This document shows positions 25,588 to 38,859 of a stretch of DNA of 64,000 nucleotides, in pieces (position 1 is the first letter of the stretch; each line of letters begins with the position of its first letter). The DNA is from Marsupella aquatica (lineage: Eukaryota > Plantae > Marchantiophyta), in NCBI GenBank assembly GCA_973895155.1, contig OZ316898.1, forward strand, positions 11,307,187 to 11,371,186, in the 5' to 3' direction. The notes under the pieces were generated by a model. The model was not told the origin of the DNA. It worked only from the letters and a program-made list of their open reading frames with translations, and did no database searches. The position numbers and the translations under genes are program-made.

Positions 25588-28548
25588 TGGGATGAAAAAT
25601 CAGTCCAACTTGTTAGCACATGCCACACTGAGCACCAATGTAAAAAAATATATCCAGTTTATCATGACTGATTGAAGAGAAGAGAACCATAGATTTTATC
25701 ATGGTATGGAGAATCGGTACAACTTAACTTGTTGGCATGTGGCACAGTAGTGCTACTTTTTTATGTGCATTTACCAGAAAGGAAACATTGCCTGGTAGTA
25801 TAGTAAGAAATGGCCCAAACTGTTCTGGAAACTCAACAATACACATGCCACACGCTGACTGATCTAAAAGAATAATCCAGTTTATCATGACCGCTAGAAA
25901 AGAAGAATAGAGTTTATCATGGTATGGCAATCAGTCCAACTTGTTGGCACATGCCATGCGGCACATTAGTGCTTTTAGTGCATTTGCCAAAAAGGAAAGT
26001 ATTGCCTTATGGTATTGTAAACTGGCCCACAATGTCCTGGAAACTACTATAGATAGTACATGGTATTGACAAAACCTCATTGTTTGGTGTATGTGACCAC
26101 AGATTTTTGGTCATGGGCTGGTTTATAATGTTTTCCTTCATTGGCCTGGGAATGCCATCTTGTGTGAAGGAGTATTTGCTGGGAATATCACTAAAACTAT
26201 GGGCAAGTTATTCTTCCCTTAAGTACTTATGAGAACACCCATATATATAACCCATCACAATCTAAGATCAAACACAAATGAACAATATGCATATATGCTG
26301 CAAGTGGTTTGTTATGGCTGCAAGCGTCTCATATCCTGTTGGAATCGAGCTAACTGGCTCATTTGAATGCTGGGTCATTGGGTTTTTGAGCTGAGGTGAT
26401 ACCATGTGTAGATGTTTGGATGGCTACAAGGTTCTATTTTGGTCATCCCATACCTTGCTTTACTTGTGTTTGGGCTTGTGATGTAGATTATTTCTTGGGG
26501 ATTTGTATCGGTGCTTGGTAGGGGCTGCATCCTATCTCATCTAAGCTATGAATAGTCACTTTCTAGTCTCCCCCTACAATCCAAGCCTACCAACAATTAT
26601 TGCAGTTGTCAAGTAACGGCAAGCAGATGGCTGTAAGTGAGCCCTGGCACTTGCCAACATGTCATGACATATAGTATTGTAACCATAGCATATCAAAACA
26701 TGTGAGTGATCAAGGTTTGGTAAGTATGCAGTCATCCCTGAAACTAACATGCAAACAAAAATAGATATGTTGCATGGTAGACCAGAAAAGTGAATGTAGA
26801 GTGAACTGGTATGTAAGTAGCAGAGGTGCAGGCTAAATATGAACAGTGTGTGAAATGAAATGAAAACCGATTGGATGCCACGATCCGTCAGGAGCCTCTA
26901 CTGAATCACACTCAAACTCAGTGTAGGGAGTACTACAGTTAAAGCTTAGCCTAGAGATCATGTGTGTGAGAAAAAGTGATTCACGGAAAACTGTGAAATG
27001 AAACAAGTCATGATGCCCTGAATAACCCAGCCCTAGCATTCCTCTAAGAACACGCCACTAATTTAAAAACATTTACTCTAACCTAAGAAAACACCACTAG
27101 TTTAAAAACTACATAATGTACCAGCAGGCATGCAAGGGACATACTGATGTACACAATAGAGGCAATATCCCTTGCATGAGAGTGGTCACACAGGATCTTC
27201 TTGTCACTAGCTGCATGTCTAGAAGGTGTCAAACCTGGCTCAGCCCTAAAATAAATTTGGCTGGAAGGAGGCTAAAGAACTCCATCAATTAAAACTAGGA
27301 CCAAATTGGCTGCAAAAAAACAGCAAGTTCAAAAAAAAAAACAAGAAGTGCAGAGGATAGAAGAATCAGTGGAACTTCCCCATGTGGTAGCATAGAGGTG
27401 TATTCCATGTGCTGGGATTTACTAAGTTGTCACTCTTTTCTCCTGGGTTGTAATCTTTTGTAGTTTTGTTTGGTCCTTATAAATAAATTGGTCCACTTTT
27501 ACCTTCAAAAATTCAAATAATTTGCCTCTCTTTTTACATTCATTACCTTTTCCAAAGAGGCAAAATTAGTAGTGGGATCCAAAACCAAAGATGGATTTCA
27601 TTTTCAAACTCCTTTGACTGCTGTTCACAGTTATTGTGTGATGCTGGTGGGTGGGGGGGTAACCCCTGTTCACTAAGTTTTACTGCTTCAGGAACTCTTA
27701 GTAATTGCTGCCCTTAACACCCCACCAAGTGAATTGAAAGATAAATTCCGGGGCCTTCAAAGTTCCAAGATTGCTTTTATACCCCCTTCAAACAATCCTC
27801 CTTCTCTTGTACCGTAGAAAACACTAGGTTTTGTGCATGCCATGTACCACAAATGTTTGTTTTCAAACTACAGGACAATGCCAGAAGTAATTTTGTTGAC
27901 GTTTACTGAAAAAACACTGAAGACATTTTTTCACAAAGAAATGCGTAACATCAAAATACTTTGTATTATATGCAGCGAAGATTCCCAAGTTTCACAATCA
28001 TCTTGCTAATAAATCAATATGAGAAGCTAGAGATTATATCTAGGCTTCTAGAGTGTAACTTTAAACTGTGAGATCTAGGCTTCTAGAGTGTAACCTCTAA
28101 ACTGTGATTTACCACCAAAATTAATATGGTAAGAGAAAAAAAAGTATACATGTCAAAATGATAATCATGCTGATTTTTGTCATCATTTCTATTAACATTT
28201 ATCATTTCTATTCAAAGAGTCTCGTTATCTAAAATCTTGTCCCCAACTTTCACAATCAGTTAGTAAATGTTGTCTCTAGGGACTGAATTCCTTATTTTTT
28301 ACTTATTACTTATTTTTTCACCTAACAATATCGTCCTTACTGTAATAAATTCAAAGTTTACACGTCCCTGGAGTACAACACTGTAAACAGAAAAGTGCTC
28401 ATTCTTGTGGCCAAATCCTTCTGGACCTGTCGTTTCTTCGGACAAGAGAGACTTCGTACTCGAGATCTGGCGCACTACTGTATTACTACTGCACCGGCGG
28501 AGAAAATTTCCAATCGGGCTCATCACACAGACCTGGAGAAGGAATTCC

Positions 28549-29406
28549 ATGGAGAATCAGGAAGAATTGCAGCCAACGCAGGAGGAGCAGGAGGAGCAGG
28601 AGGAGTTGCTTCAACTTGAAAACGCCATCTCGAGTAGATCTGTCATCTTAGACACAAGTGCAGCCGACGCCCACCTTCCTCCTGAAATCAGCAGCAGCAG
28701 CAGAAGATCGGCCCACCCGAAGATTTCCGGAATTCTGCACTCGCTGATTTCGCAGGCGCATGCGTGCAGGTACGAGTTCGCGGAATACTTCGTGGCCTGG
28801 CAAGGCGTGCTGACCGTCGCATTCTGCGGTATTCCTCCTTCCATCTGCCAGCTGAAACGGAACATCGATCTGCAGCTGGACGGGTGTTTGGCGAGAGAGA
28901 ATCCCGGATCGAAATGGCCGAAAATTAGCCTAGGCTGCTTGCGAGACGGCGCGACTCTCACCTTGGACCAGCTTCGGAGTCTTAGACACATCTGCAGTGA
29001 AGAGAGGCCTGCCTTAGCCGCCACGGAGCCCGTTATTGTGGATAACCTTGCTCTGGTCCTGTACGCGAACTGCTGCTTGGAGAGAACGATCACTGTGGCA
29101 ACAACTCCGCTTGCATTTCCTGTCGATCTCGCTGGACCCAGTTCCGAAGAAACTGGCCTCGTCCAGAAAGTTCTCGATGAGTTTTCTCTCGACAACGTTG
29201 GAAGTTACCACAGCTTCACTTCCAAAGCTGGAAATCACTCCGCCCACTACAGGAACTCCAAGGCGGGTGCCACGCTGGTTCATTTTCTGAAGAGTGTGCC
29301 CATTGTTTTGGCTGGGTTTAGAGCGAGAGTGGATTCGGAGTTGCCTGGAATGTATGATTGGTTCAGGGATGATTCTCTTCATATCACTGTCAGAGCCTTG
29401 TTCTAG
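28549..29406 (+). CDS. Intronless uncharacterised protein (285 aa), 2H-phosphoesterase-like and apparently circularly permuted
   Basis: Long GC-richer ORF with its ATG at 28549 (ccATGg context). It has an acidic N-tail and the motifs ENPGSKWPKISLG and YDWFRDDSLHITVRAL. Confidence is high for the CDS; the family call is inference. Confidence 0.85.
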   Translation: MENQEELQPTQEEQEEQEELLQLENAISSRSVILDTSAADAHLPPEISSSSRRSAHPKISGILHSLISQAHACRYEFAEYFVAWQGVLTVAFCGIPPSICQLKRNIDLQLDGCLARENPGSKWPKISLGCLRDGATLTLDQLRSLRHICSEERPALAATEPVIVDNLALVLYANCCLERTITVATTPLAFPVDLAGPSSEETGLVQKVLDEFSLDNVGSYHSFTSKAGNHSAHYRNSKAGATLVHFLKSVPIVLAGFRARVDSELPGMYDWFRDDSLHITVRALF

Positions 29407-30300
29407 CCCATGCAAATAGAGATTGCTGTTACTGAAGTCTCGCTAAGCTTTGCAATCTCGTGACCTTTCGAGTTTCATGATGAGTTGGCCAGGGAGCATT
29501 GATTCGGAGAGGAGGTCCTGAAATTTTTGCGAATGAGAAACAGATGAAAAATAGATTTGTTATGGTAAACTCCCAAATCGTATGGGTGGGACAAGTACAT
29601 GGAAGGGCTTTCACGCCCTGTTGTGAAAAGAGTTCTCTGCCTCTGACATTCACCTCAAGCTTATCAATACACCTGAACAAGACTTTCCTGTATAGATTTT
29701 AAGTCGAAGGTACAGGAGGAGAAAACCAAGGTTTTGATTTACGGCAAGATGCGGGGTAAAGAGATCCATGTTAAGAGTACGATGCGCGGTGCGCTTAAAG
29801 ATTTCAATCATACGCATCAGCAAAATAGCCACCTTGTTTATAATTGAAATCTCCGAATTAGGGAACCTCGATATTTAAAGATAAAAACCCAGCTCAGTAT
29901 TTCACAATGTTTGCTTGATTTCCACTTCATTTCAGCCATGGACCAACAAAGCAAGTGGCTAAGGTCTTCACAAATTGAAATGCAGTTTGTTGCCGAGTTT
30001 ATTTCCAGCTGTGATTGTGTCAATTTTCGGGAGCGAACCAGCCGAACCATCAAAATTTAGTATCAGAATCCCATGATGCTTAACACAACTACAATGTACG
30101 CAGCGTATGTTAAAACCGAGCACTGTGGAAACAATTCTTGCTATCTCCTGGTTTTCATTCCGGGATTTAGTCTCGGCGTTCAGTGGTTGGTTGCTGTTGG
30201 AGCGCGCTGAGTTCCACAATTTCCTGTTCTTCCTCACAATGTAAACACCTGTTTAATGGCGCAGATATCTTAAGAGTGAGTCGATGAATCACGCCCGCTA

Positions 30301-33148
30301 TTACTTTGACGCGCTCGCCAGTTGCTCTCCACGCTTCGCTGTAGCCAAGACTGCATTCATCCAAGCAGCACGAAAACCTGCCTTCTCCAACTCATGCAAC
30401 CCTGCAATTGTTGTGCCTGCATCCCCCCAAAAACGAAAGTATGTGTAATTGTTCATGAACATGGTAGGGACCTTCCACTTGTTGACCCGTACAGGTTCTC
30501 ACACTCTCTGCTAACGTGCGTCACGTTGGATCAGTTTTGAGAAGTCTCTTTTTCTACCTTGAGGAGCCTGCTTGCCCTGGCCTTTGACGGTTATTTTTGG
30601 CATCTCAAGTAACCTATCAATAGCATGAGTAGCAATTCGGGCCATCTCGGTACAGACTACTCACCTCCCGGTGAAGCCACCTCGTCTTTCAATTGGCCTG
30701 GATGCTTCTCTGTCTCCAGCACCATTTTGGCTGACCCAAGAAACTGTGCATTGTGCAAGCTAGTGAATATTAGCGAATGCTTGTTTAATTCAATTATACA
30801 ATCAACAGTAGTTACGCTTTTGACATTGGTCATATTAGGCACGTCTTTGTCATGCTTGGAAAGAAAAATGTCAGTAAATCAGCGCTGAATTTCGTACATG
30901 TGAAGACACTACTAGAAGCTTTAGCTGGCATGAGAAAGTCTCTAGCTACTACCAGGAAAGAGGCGGCCAGATAGTTTAAATCGTACATGGGATGTCAGAT
31001 TTCCTTCTACGGTTCCCCTAAAATGCTGATGACTCTTACTGTTTGTGCAGCCAGAGACAAGGCTGTTGCTCTTGGAAGCCCCGCAGCTACTCCTCCATCA
31101 GCCATAGCTTCAATTGCTATGTAGACAAAAGCAGGACCGCTTCCACTGAATGCATAAAGCATGTAACATTCAAGGTCTGTGTTTCCACAAGTAACAGTCT
31201 TGTCTACAGCATATATCCCGAGTAAATGTTTTGCAGGAATGAGTATGTAAGCAAACTTTGAGTTAAAACAACTGGGATTGGTCTTGAGCAGGCGCCGAGC
31301 AAAGATCTGTTCTGAAGAGTGGTCGTACCTAACACCTGTTACGGCATTCAGAAGTTTTTCATCAACAACAACAGCTTTTCCAATGGCATCAAAAAGTGCT
31401 TTGACAAGATCCACATCTCCTTGATTGGCGGATGCACCTGCACTCAGAGCTGTCCCAACAGAAAAACGGATCAAGAGCACTCCAGACCGAAACTTGAACT
31501 CAAATACCGTGGAAAGAACGACAAACTAAGTCAATCTTGTCAAGATTTCCTAACATAACCCAGGTAGGAGAATTCTCTATGAGCAAACTCATTCTCAGCG
31601 ATAAGCACATCAAGGATTGGGCTCCTTCATATCCCATTCAATAAATTGCGAAATTATCAGACCAAGCTTCTCAGTCTCATCCCTTGACTTGACGATGAAG
31701 TGTGTATATTAGGGGAGTTTGGACGTAGGTATGAGGAACTTTAAGACTACCTGCTGCAGTTTCACCAACCAGGCAAGGAGTGTTTGGTATCACTCTCACA
31801 ACTTTAACATCCCCTCCCCACGACTGCAACCATACAAGATCCAACCAGAGCTCTCATGTCAGTGTCCATGATTACAAACAAGGTTGTACAATATTGCACA
31901 CAGAAATCACACTGCTGGTCCCGCTAGTGCTTGGTAGAGAAGAATCTGGCTGAATCCTGAGTTTAGCTAATCTCCTCCGGTCAAGTCTCTAAAGAAAATC
32001 CCGCGTTGCATCCTTGAGCACAGCTTAGGTGAAACGGTGTGGGTCACTACAGGAACGGCACTTAACATGAGTCCTCTCTACTCCAAAGGATCAACAGTTT
32101 ACGTCACAAAGTATCCACAACTATTACAATGGAGGCAACTAAACCACATGTCACCATACATCTTCAGGATCTCATTACGTTTGACGCAAGACACAGAAAA
32201 TAGAGGACAAGAGTACGCACGAACTAGAAGGTGGACGAGGGCACCAACCTGCAAGCTGTCAATGGTGATACCTGCTGCAATTGATACTAAAAGGTGATCC
32301 TTTGTCAGGTGTGGTCTGAGTTCTGTAAGTACAGTTTTCACTAATCACGAGCAACAGATATTTCTGTAAGAGTCGTGCCTTCGCTTAACGAACTCTCACT
32401 TCAACCAATAAGGCATTAATCAAACACGAAAGGTACATGTAATTTGCTCTATGCACGATCATGGCGTTCTACGGAGTGAAAAATTCATCCTTACTGCAGT
32501 CCTGGGCACTTACAGAGACATCGGATCCCCCTGTTAAATTAACTCTCTGGCAAAGATTCCCAAGCAGATGAGAAAGACGGTTCGAAATATTGACATACAA
32601 ATTTGTGGTTTCACCGCAATGATCACAACGTTGCTGTGCTCAACGACCTGTCAGACACGAAACAAAAGTCAACAATCCTACAGAATCCATGCGACCACTA
32701 TGAAAACCAATCCATTTTGATGCGGCAAGTACAATAGGTTCAATGAATACCATAAAGAAATTGCAGCAGCATTTAGCTATCTAGGAGCTAAATGTTGCTT
32801 AGGGATGTGAACTGTAAGTTGGCGAGCGGGGCACAAATACTGACTCCCGCAAACAATTTTAGTCAGTGCATCTACCTCCGATGACAACAAATCTTAAGGC
32901 TATGCTGCAGAAAAATGAACATGAGGCAATAACTGATTGGTAAGCGCGATGGTAACATTTGTTACCTCAGAGTTGGAGCAAACTGTGACGCCGATACTTT
33001 CAAATGTCGCCTTTCGGGACCCTTTCGAAGCAAACATGCGATCAGCTGGGATCATCCCTACTTTGATCAGTCCTCGCGCTAGCGCTTCCGACATCTGACC
33101 TGCTCCAATGAACCCGACTCGGGTCATCGCTGGTTCCTCCAGTCCCAT
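30301..33148 (-). CDS. P5CR: Pyrroline-5-carboxylate reductase. Exons 33148-32966, 32647-32599, 32340-32249, 31823-31751, 31449-31329, 31145-31040, 30743-30665, 30416-30301
   Basis: Motifs [13 protein letters not shown] (Rossmann), [61 protein letters not shown]. Splice phases are consistent. Confidence 0.96.
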
Positions 33149-35551
33149 ATTGACGGCCGTATTGACTAGTGCGGTAGAAAATTTGGGAATTCAACAACTC
33201 GCAAGATGACCGTCCTTGCGCAATCGCACAATGCTGCAGAAATGCTGTGAAGAATGAATAAAATCGTTCTAGTCAGCTCAGTCTTGCACGGAATGCTCTG
33301 TAATTACAGAGTACTTGAAATTTTTGACTACCAGCATTCAGCTCTGTCATATGGAGTAAAAGGGGCTTCTCAGCTTGCAGACTCCGTGAAGAGGTATGAT
33401 CTATCAGAGAGCGAATATGCAACGAGACCTAATCCCAACATCCGCGCCATCTCCTACTCAACTTTTAAAGATTCGAATTCTAGTTAACAGAGTACAAAAT
33501 GAAGAGACGATTCAATTGGGAGGAATGAAAGCATCGCAAGCAACCGGGTTTCCACATCACCGAAAAGCAGGTCTGCATTCCACTAGACATGGACACCAAG
33601 CCCTTTGCTATTCCAAGCCCCAGGAAACAAAAGAAAACAAAATCGAGGCAGCTCGGAGAAAAACATCCACGTCCAGCAAACAGAGCAGTTCTAAGTGCGG
33701 GTGGATGCGAAGAGCGAACCACTGGACAGAACCTACCAAAATCCCAACAGCATCGCCTACCGGTGAAGTATGTCTGCCAAGCACTTCAGTCTGCAACAAC
33801 AATAAAAGCGATGAATGATTCTATTCGAACTGCACACCAATGTTGCTGCGCAGAGCAAGCAAGCCACTTTGGCTGGTTGACACATTCAACTTGACCTCTA
33901 CAGTTACGCAATGTAAACTGAATGCGTTACGTCCGTCGTTCGGGATTCTACAGTAGATGGCTACCCTAGCCAGAGGCTGCCACATACCCTTCGTAAGTCC
34001 TTCGGGACTCTTACTGTGGTCGACGACTCCGCTGCTACAGACTCTCCAAGTTGTTCGAGCGATCTTGTTCTAGTCCATGTCAAGATATGCTTGATTGGGA
34101 GTAAAATTGTAGAACAACAAGTGGTACTCCAGTTTAGTTTCCTTTGATGTAAGAAAGTCACAAGTGCCCTTGACTTCTGGTAAAGCCAGTCTCGCATACA
34201 TTTTCCAACCCACCATAGGGAATTGGAATCACGTGAGACACAGCCCCCGAGACAGTCAGCTAACCTGCCACTATAAAAGCCTCATTCCATGTCTCATTAC
34301 TCACCATAAAAGGTGGAACATTAGCACCTTTTGTGAAATATTTGCGAAAAAAGTTTTGCAATAAACACCTTAGGTTTTGCAGTCGGCACCTTTTGTGGAG
34401 CTCAAAGTCCATTCTTGAACTTGTGCTCTTTACAATGAGAGCTACTGGTAGCCCTTTATAGGGGCAGGTGTGATTTAGGGGCTCAAAGTTCAGGGCCAGT
34501 GTGTTTTTACTGGAGTTGGTACTTGTGAACGGCACTGACTAGTGCAAAAGGGCAGGGGAAACTAAAGGTCACCTTCAGGAGTTAGCTAGCAAAGGGCAGA
34601 GTACCATGGCACTCTGCACTTGACCAGAGAAGCGGTTGACTAGTTGGCATATTGTTGCCCACTCTAGCTCTGAGGTTATCATGCATTGGTAGAGTCAAAT
34701 CTAACTAATTAAGGTCAACAGGTTGAACTTGAGTCCCCCCACATCAACACAACTCAAGTAGTTTGTCTGTTGCAAAATCCAAAATTAAATATCATGTAAA
34801 GACTGCCAGAAGAACTAAAAGCGCCAATCCAGAAAACTCCATAGAGTGAAGCCGTATATAGGTTGTAATTATCTGGTAAGACTCAGAGAATTTGATATTT
34901 AGACTATACTATACTTGTGAGTAGGGAGCCCTTCTAGTGCCCTAGCTACGGACCTTGCTTGGAATACACTTTCCAATTTTGAGATCTCACCACAACTAAG
35001 TGTACATATATTGCAGTCAATTAGGTACAAGATTAAACAAGCCTTGTCAATTGGATAATACAATAAGGGTTTTAAGCTCTAAATTACAATTTGGGTTCTG
35101 CCTTGGTTTTACAATACCATACAGGTGAAATTGTGAGCATTCTGGAAAACTTTGAGTGTCCTTGAAAGCATCCCTAAGTTACCCCTAGAACAAATTCTGA
35201 GTCAGTGGTGTGGGGACCCCTGAAACGCCTAAATCCTACATGGTAATGTAACTATTACCTAATTGTGGTGAGATCGACTACACATTACCCAATCTGTAGC
35301 TATTTCCATAATCTTGTGCTAGGAAACTGTAATTGGTGACTAAATTTTTTCTGGACAACAGTTACATGATAATATATAGGAGGTCTGGGCAAGAGTTTTA
35401 ACCTGAAACCTTGTTCCCAAAATGCTCGGAAAAATTCACTACTGTCACCTATTAGCTTTCATTCACTTTCTGGTCACACTGTCACAAGCTAATAACTTAA
35501 CCCTAACCCTATTGATTCAGCTTTGTGGTGGGGGCCCAAAAATGCCTCCAA

Positions 35552-38293
35552 TGTTACAAGGTAGGTAACCTTGTGATGGAACGACACACCAATACACCAG
35601 CAAGAATTATCATGTTCATTAGAGGTCCAAGAGGTATATACATATGGTGGGTAGTTATGGTAACTACCTCTTCTCTAGACTCTAGATGTTAACCTAAACC
35701 ATTGGTTATAACACTCCCCCTTGGTTGTTTTATAGGATATAAGGCAACCACACTAGGGTTGACATCTAACTTTAATGGATTAAGTATTTACTATGGTAGC
35801 CATTGGTGTGGTCTCATTAAAACCCTCCTACCTCTTTTTGAGGGAAAGAGTGCCACCGAACCATTTTATACGAAGTAGTTAAAAACAATTGTGTGTATGC
35901 AATTTATACAAAGTCTCTTAATGTCTATGTCAATACTATGGTCTTGTGGAAGATCCTCCTTGGTTGGTCTTCGCAAAGTTGACTGCATCATGCGTCTCGT
36001 TCCATGCTGGTAATGGAGACTCCTTGATGTTCATAGATTACATGCAAGGAAAAAAGCAATGTATTAGTTCAGGATGAAGATGATATGGTGGGTTGAAATC
36101 CTTGGCCTTGGAGTTGTTTGGAGTGTCCAATCCTAGATTGGGTGTTGGCATAACCTGGTCACACCATAATATATACCATATCCATATCATAGAGATATTC
36201 TACTAAGATATGGCACACCATCTTTCATGGTGCCTTACCATGCCATATCTCACCTTATGGTACCTTATAACCTGATACGGTACCTCATATGATCATATGA
36301 TACCATATCACGATAAAGTCTGTTTTATTTTCAAATTTAGTAGTCATGATATGTCATCCAATATTAGTGAGTGAATGTGTGAACATCCTGTCCAATCGTG
36401 TATAAAGATTCTTCATTTTTCAGAATTGGCCATATGGTTCCAACTCATAGAATATAGTTCCATTGTTAAATATTGATTGGTGCGAAATTAAAAGGCACTT
36501 GTGCAGTAGGCACATCCCATGGGGTCTATTGCTTGGGGCCAAGTCTTTCATGAGGTCTCTACCTCAAGTTATCAAAATTTTTTCCTTTCTGCGTGAGTGT
36601 GCAATCAACACCCATTTGCTTCCATGTGCAGTAGGCAGAGAGCTTTTATGTGCAATGGGTATTGTGGGAAAAAATATCTCCCCTGAATTTATGAAATATT
36701 ATTGGGCAATTCTTGCGTGGAGAAATTTCCAATAAGATAGTGTTTTTCGTTCTTATGTCTGTCCTTCCCTTTTCATGATATGTTTGTTCCTTAAATCAAT
36801 TTTGGCATTGTATGAAATGTCATGGTAGGCAAGTTAGGCATTTACAAGCTTTTTGGACATAAGAAATAGTGTGATTTCTTTTATGAAGAAATATTTATTT
36901 TCCTTTTCTAGTTAGTACTCTTCTTTATGAAGGAAATCTACGTGTATTAACGTGCAATAGTTGGGGAGGAACTCCCCTTTGGCTTCTCTGGTCTCGCGTG
37001 TTGGCCTTCCCAAGCTTTGTTTTGAAAGTATTTTGCTAAAAAAAATTGGAATTCCGGGTTGGCTTAGTGTTTCCCCTCTTTTCAATGCATCACTTGCTTT
37101 TCTTCCGTCTCTTTTAGTTTGTTTGGAGTGATCTATGTTGCTGTAATTTTCTCCCAAATTCGTTTGCCTGATATGTACTTAAGCCCTTACGCTTCAATTT
37201 TGGCTCCACGATATATCATCGGGGTGTGAACATCTACTTGGACAGCCACTCCTATGCCAGGATTCCGTTCATTCAATTCTTCTCACTAATTCTCGTTCCA
37301 TTTTGCTCTTGTTTGTCAATAATTCCAGGGCTCTCTTATGGGCAATTCCTCTCTCGCATTTTATGTGCCATCCGGGGATTTACACTTCCTGCCTTCGTCT
37401 CTGGACTGTGCTGCTTGCTTTGCAAAATTTTATTAAGGTCCGGCTTTGAGGTCCTTAATCCTTCTTTCTGCAGGCATCTGTAATCATTGGCTTTATTCCA
37501 GTATTCGGATCCATTTTCCATAGATCATCTTTCCCAGAGTCGTCAACCAAATTCCATTCATCTGCAAGGAGGAGCGCTGATTCTTCTAGCTGATAAGGAA
37601 ATCTTTATATCCCACAAATTTTCTTCTCTTGCTTATTTGGATCTGGTCTTGGGCGAGGTTGTGGTTATCGGCTTCTTTGGCATGCAATTACTATGACATC
37701 CTGCTGTCTTTCGCTCTATACTTCCTGGTGTTTTTAATCCATCCTCTTTTCCTTTCTGCTTCCATTCTCTATTTCTGCCTTTTATCTCGTTTAACTCTTA
37801 TTCTGGCCGTGAGGGGTCGATGCAATCTATCGATTGCAAATTGCAAATCGCTCTTTCAAGTTGGTCTTTCAAATATTGGTAATCTTTCAAATGCCCCGAA
37901 AGCTTCATTGCCCAAAGCCAAGAGACTCCATTGCGTGTCCTTCTCCCGATCCTTCTCTATCGGCTTACAATAAAATCTCTCCTTCCATTTCTTCTGCGCT
38001 AGATTATGCTGTGTAGTATTCAAATTCCTCTATGCTGTTGCATTTCTGCATAGGGCAATTGATTTTGTTTCAATGCTTTTAATTTGCTATAGCCATGCTC
38101 AATCTTGGAGAGTTTGTAGGTGCTGATAACGTGTTACAAGGTAGGTAACCTTGTGATGGAACCACACACCAATACACCAACAAGAATGATCATGTCCATT
38201 AGAGATCCAAAAGGTATATATATATGATGGGTAGTTATGGTAACTACCTCTTCCCTGAACTCTAGATGTTAACCTAAACCATTGGTTATAGAA
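35552..38293 (-). mobile_element. Ty1/copia LTR retrotransposon, non-autonomous and decayed, Bianca-like. LTRs at 35552-35713 and 38132-38293 (162 bp each)
   Basis: The LTRs align without gaps (13 mismatches in 162 by hand count). TSD TCCAA at 35547-35551 and 38294-38298. On the minus strand, the PPT (agggggag) adjoins 35714 and the PBS-like cgttatcagcac lies at 38120-38131. The internal region has no intact ORF. Confidence 0.92.
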
Positions 38294-38859
38294 TCCAAAT
38301 TTTTTTCTGCGCCTACTATATATTCCGCACATACAATTCTCTAAAATAGTGTGTACAATTGTACCCTCTTTGGTCAAGGGCCTGGTCCTAGACTGGTCTT
38401 GGAATGACTCTGGAACTAGCTAACGCTCTATGATTCGTAGCAGCTACATAGTGTTGGACCACAACTACGTATACCTACAGCAGCCAAACCATGTGTCAAT
38501 CCAGGAGTCTGGGCCCATCACATCATACGGTACTCTGCTGAAATCAGAACGCAGATCTACCCTCTGTCATGAAGGCCGCTGTCGACGTGAGTGTTGCAGT
38601 AGTCGACGTTGTCTTGCTCTCGCATGAAAAGTTGCAATGCGGTAGTGTACCCGAGGGATCAGAGTTCTCTAGCTTGTGGTGGCGAGTAAGGTCTCGTAAG
38701 TGAGCGATCAGAGGTCTCTATCTTTCATATCAAATAACTGTACCTTCAGCTGGCATGGGGACGAGAAGCCGATAGCATTAAAGCTCATTCTTCGATTGTG
38801 GGCGATCGGTACTTTACTGATAACAGTCGTTCACCGTCAAAAGTGCGAAACACCCGCAG

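Noticed and set aside
28611-29415. Antisense ORFs of 194 and 133 aa
   Set aside because: Shadow frames of the GC-rich plus-strand gene, with no motifs.
33396-33894. Overlapping 140 and 101 aa ORFs upstream of P5CR
   Set aside because: No motif or splice support.
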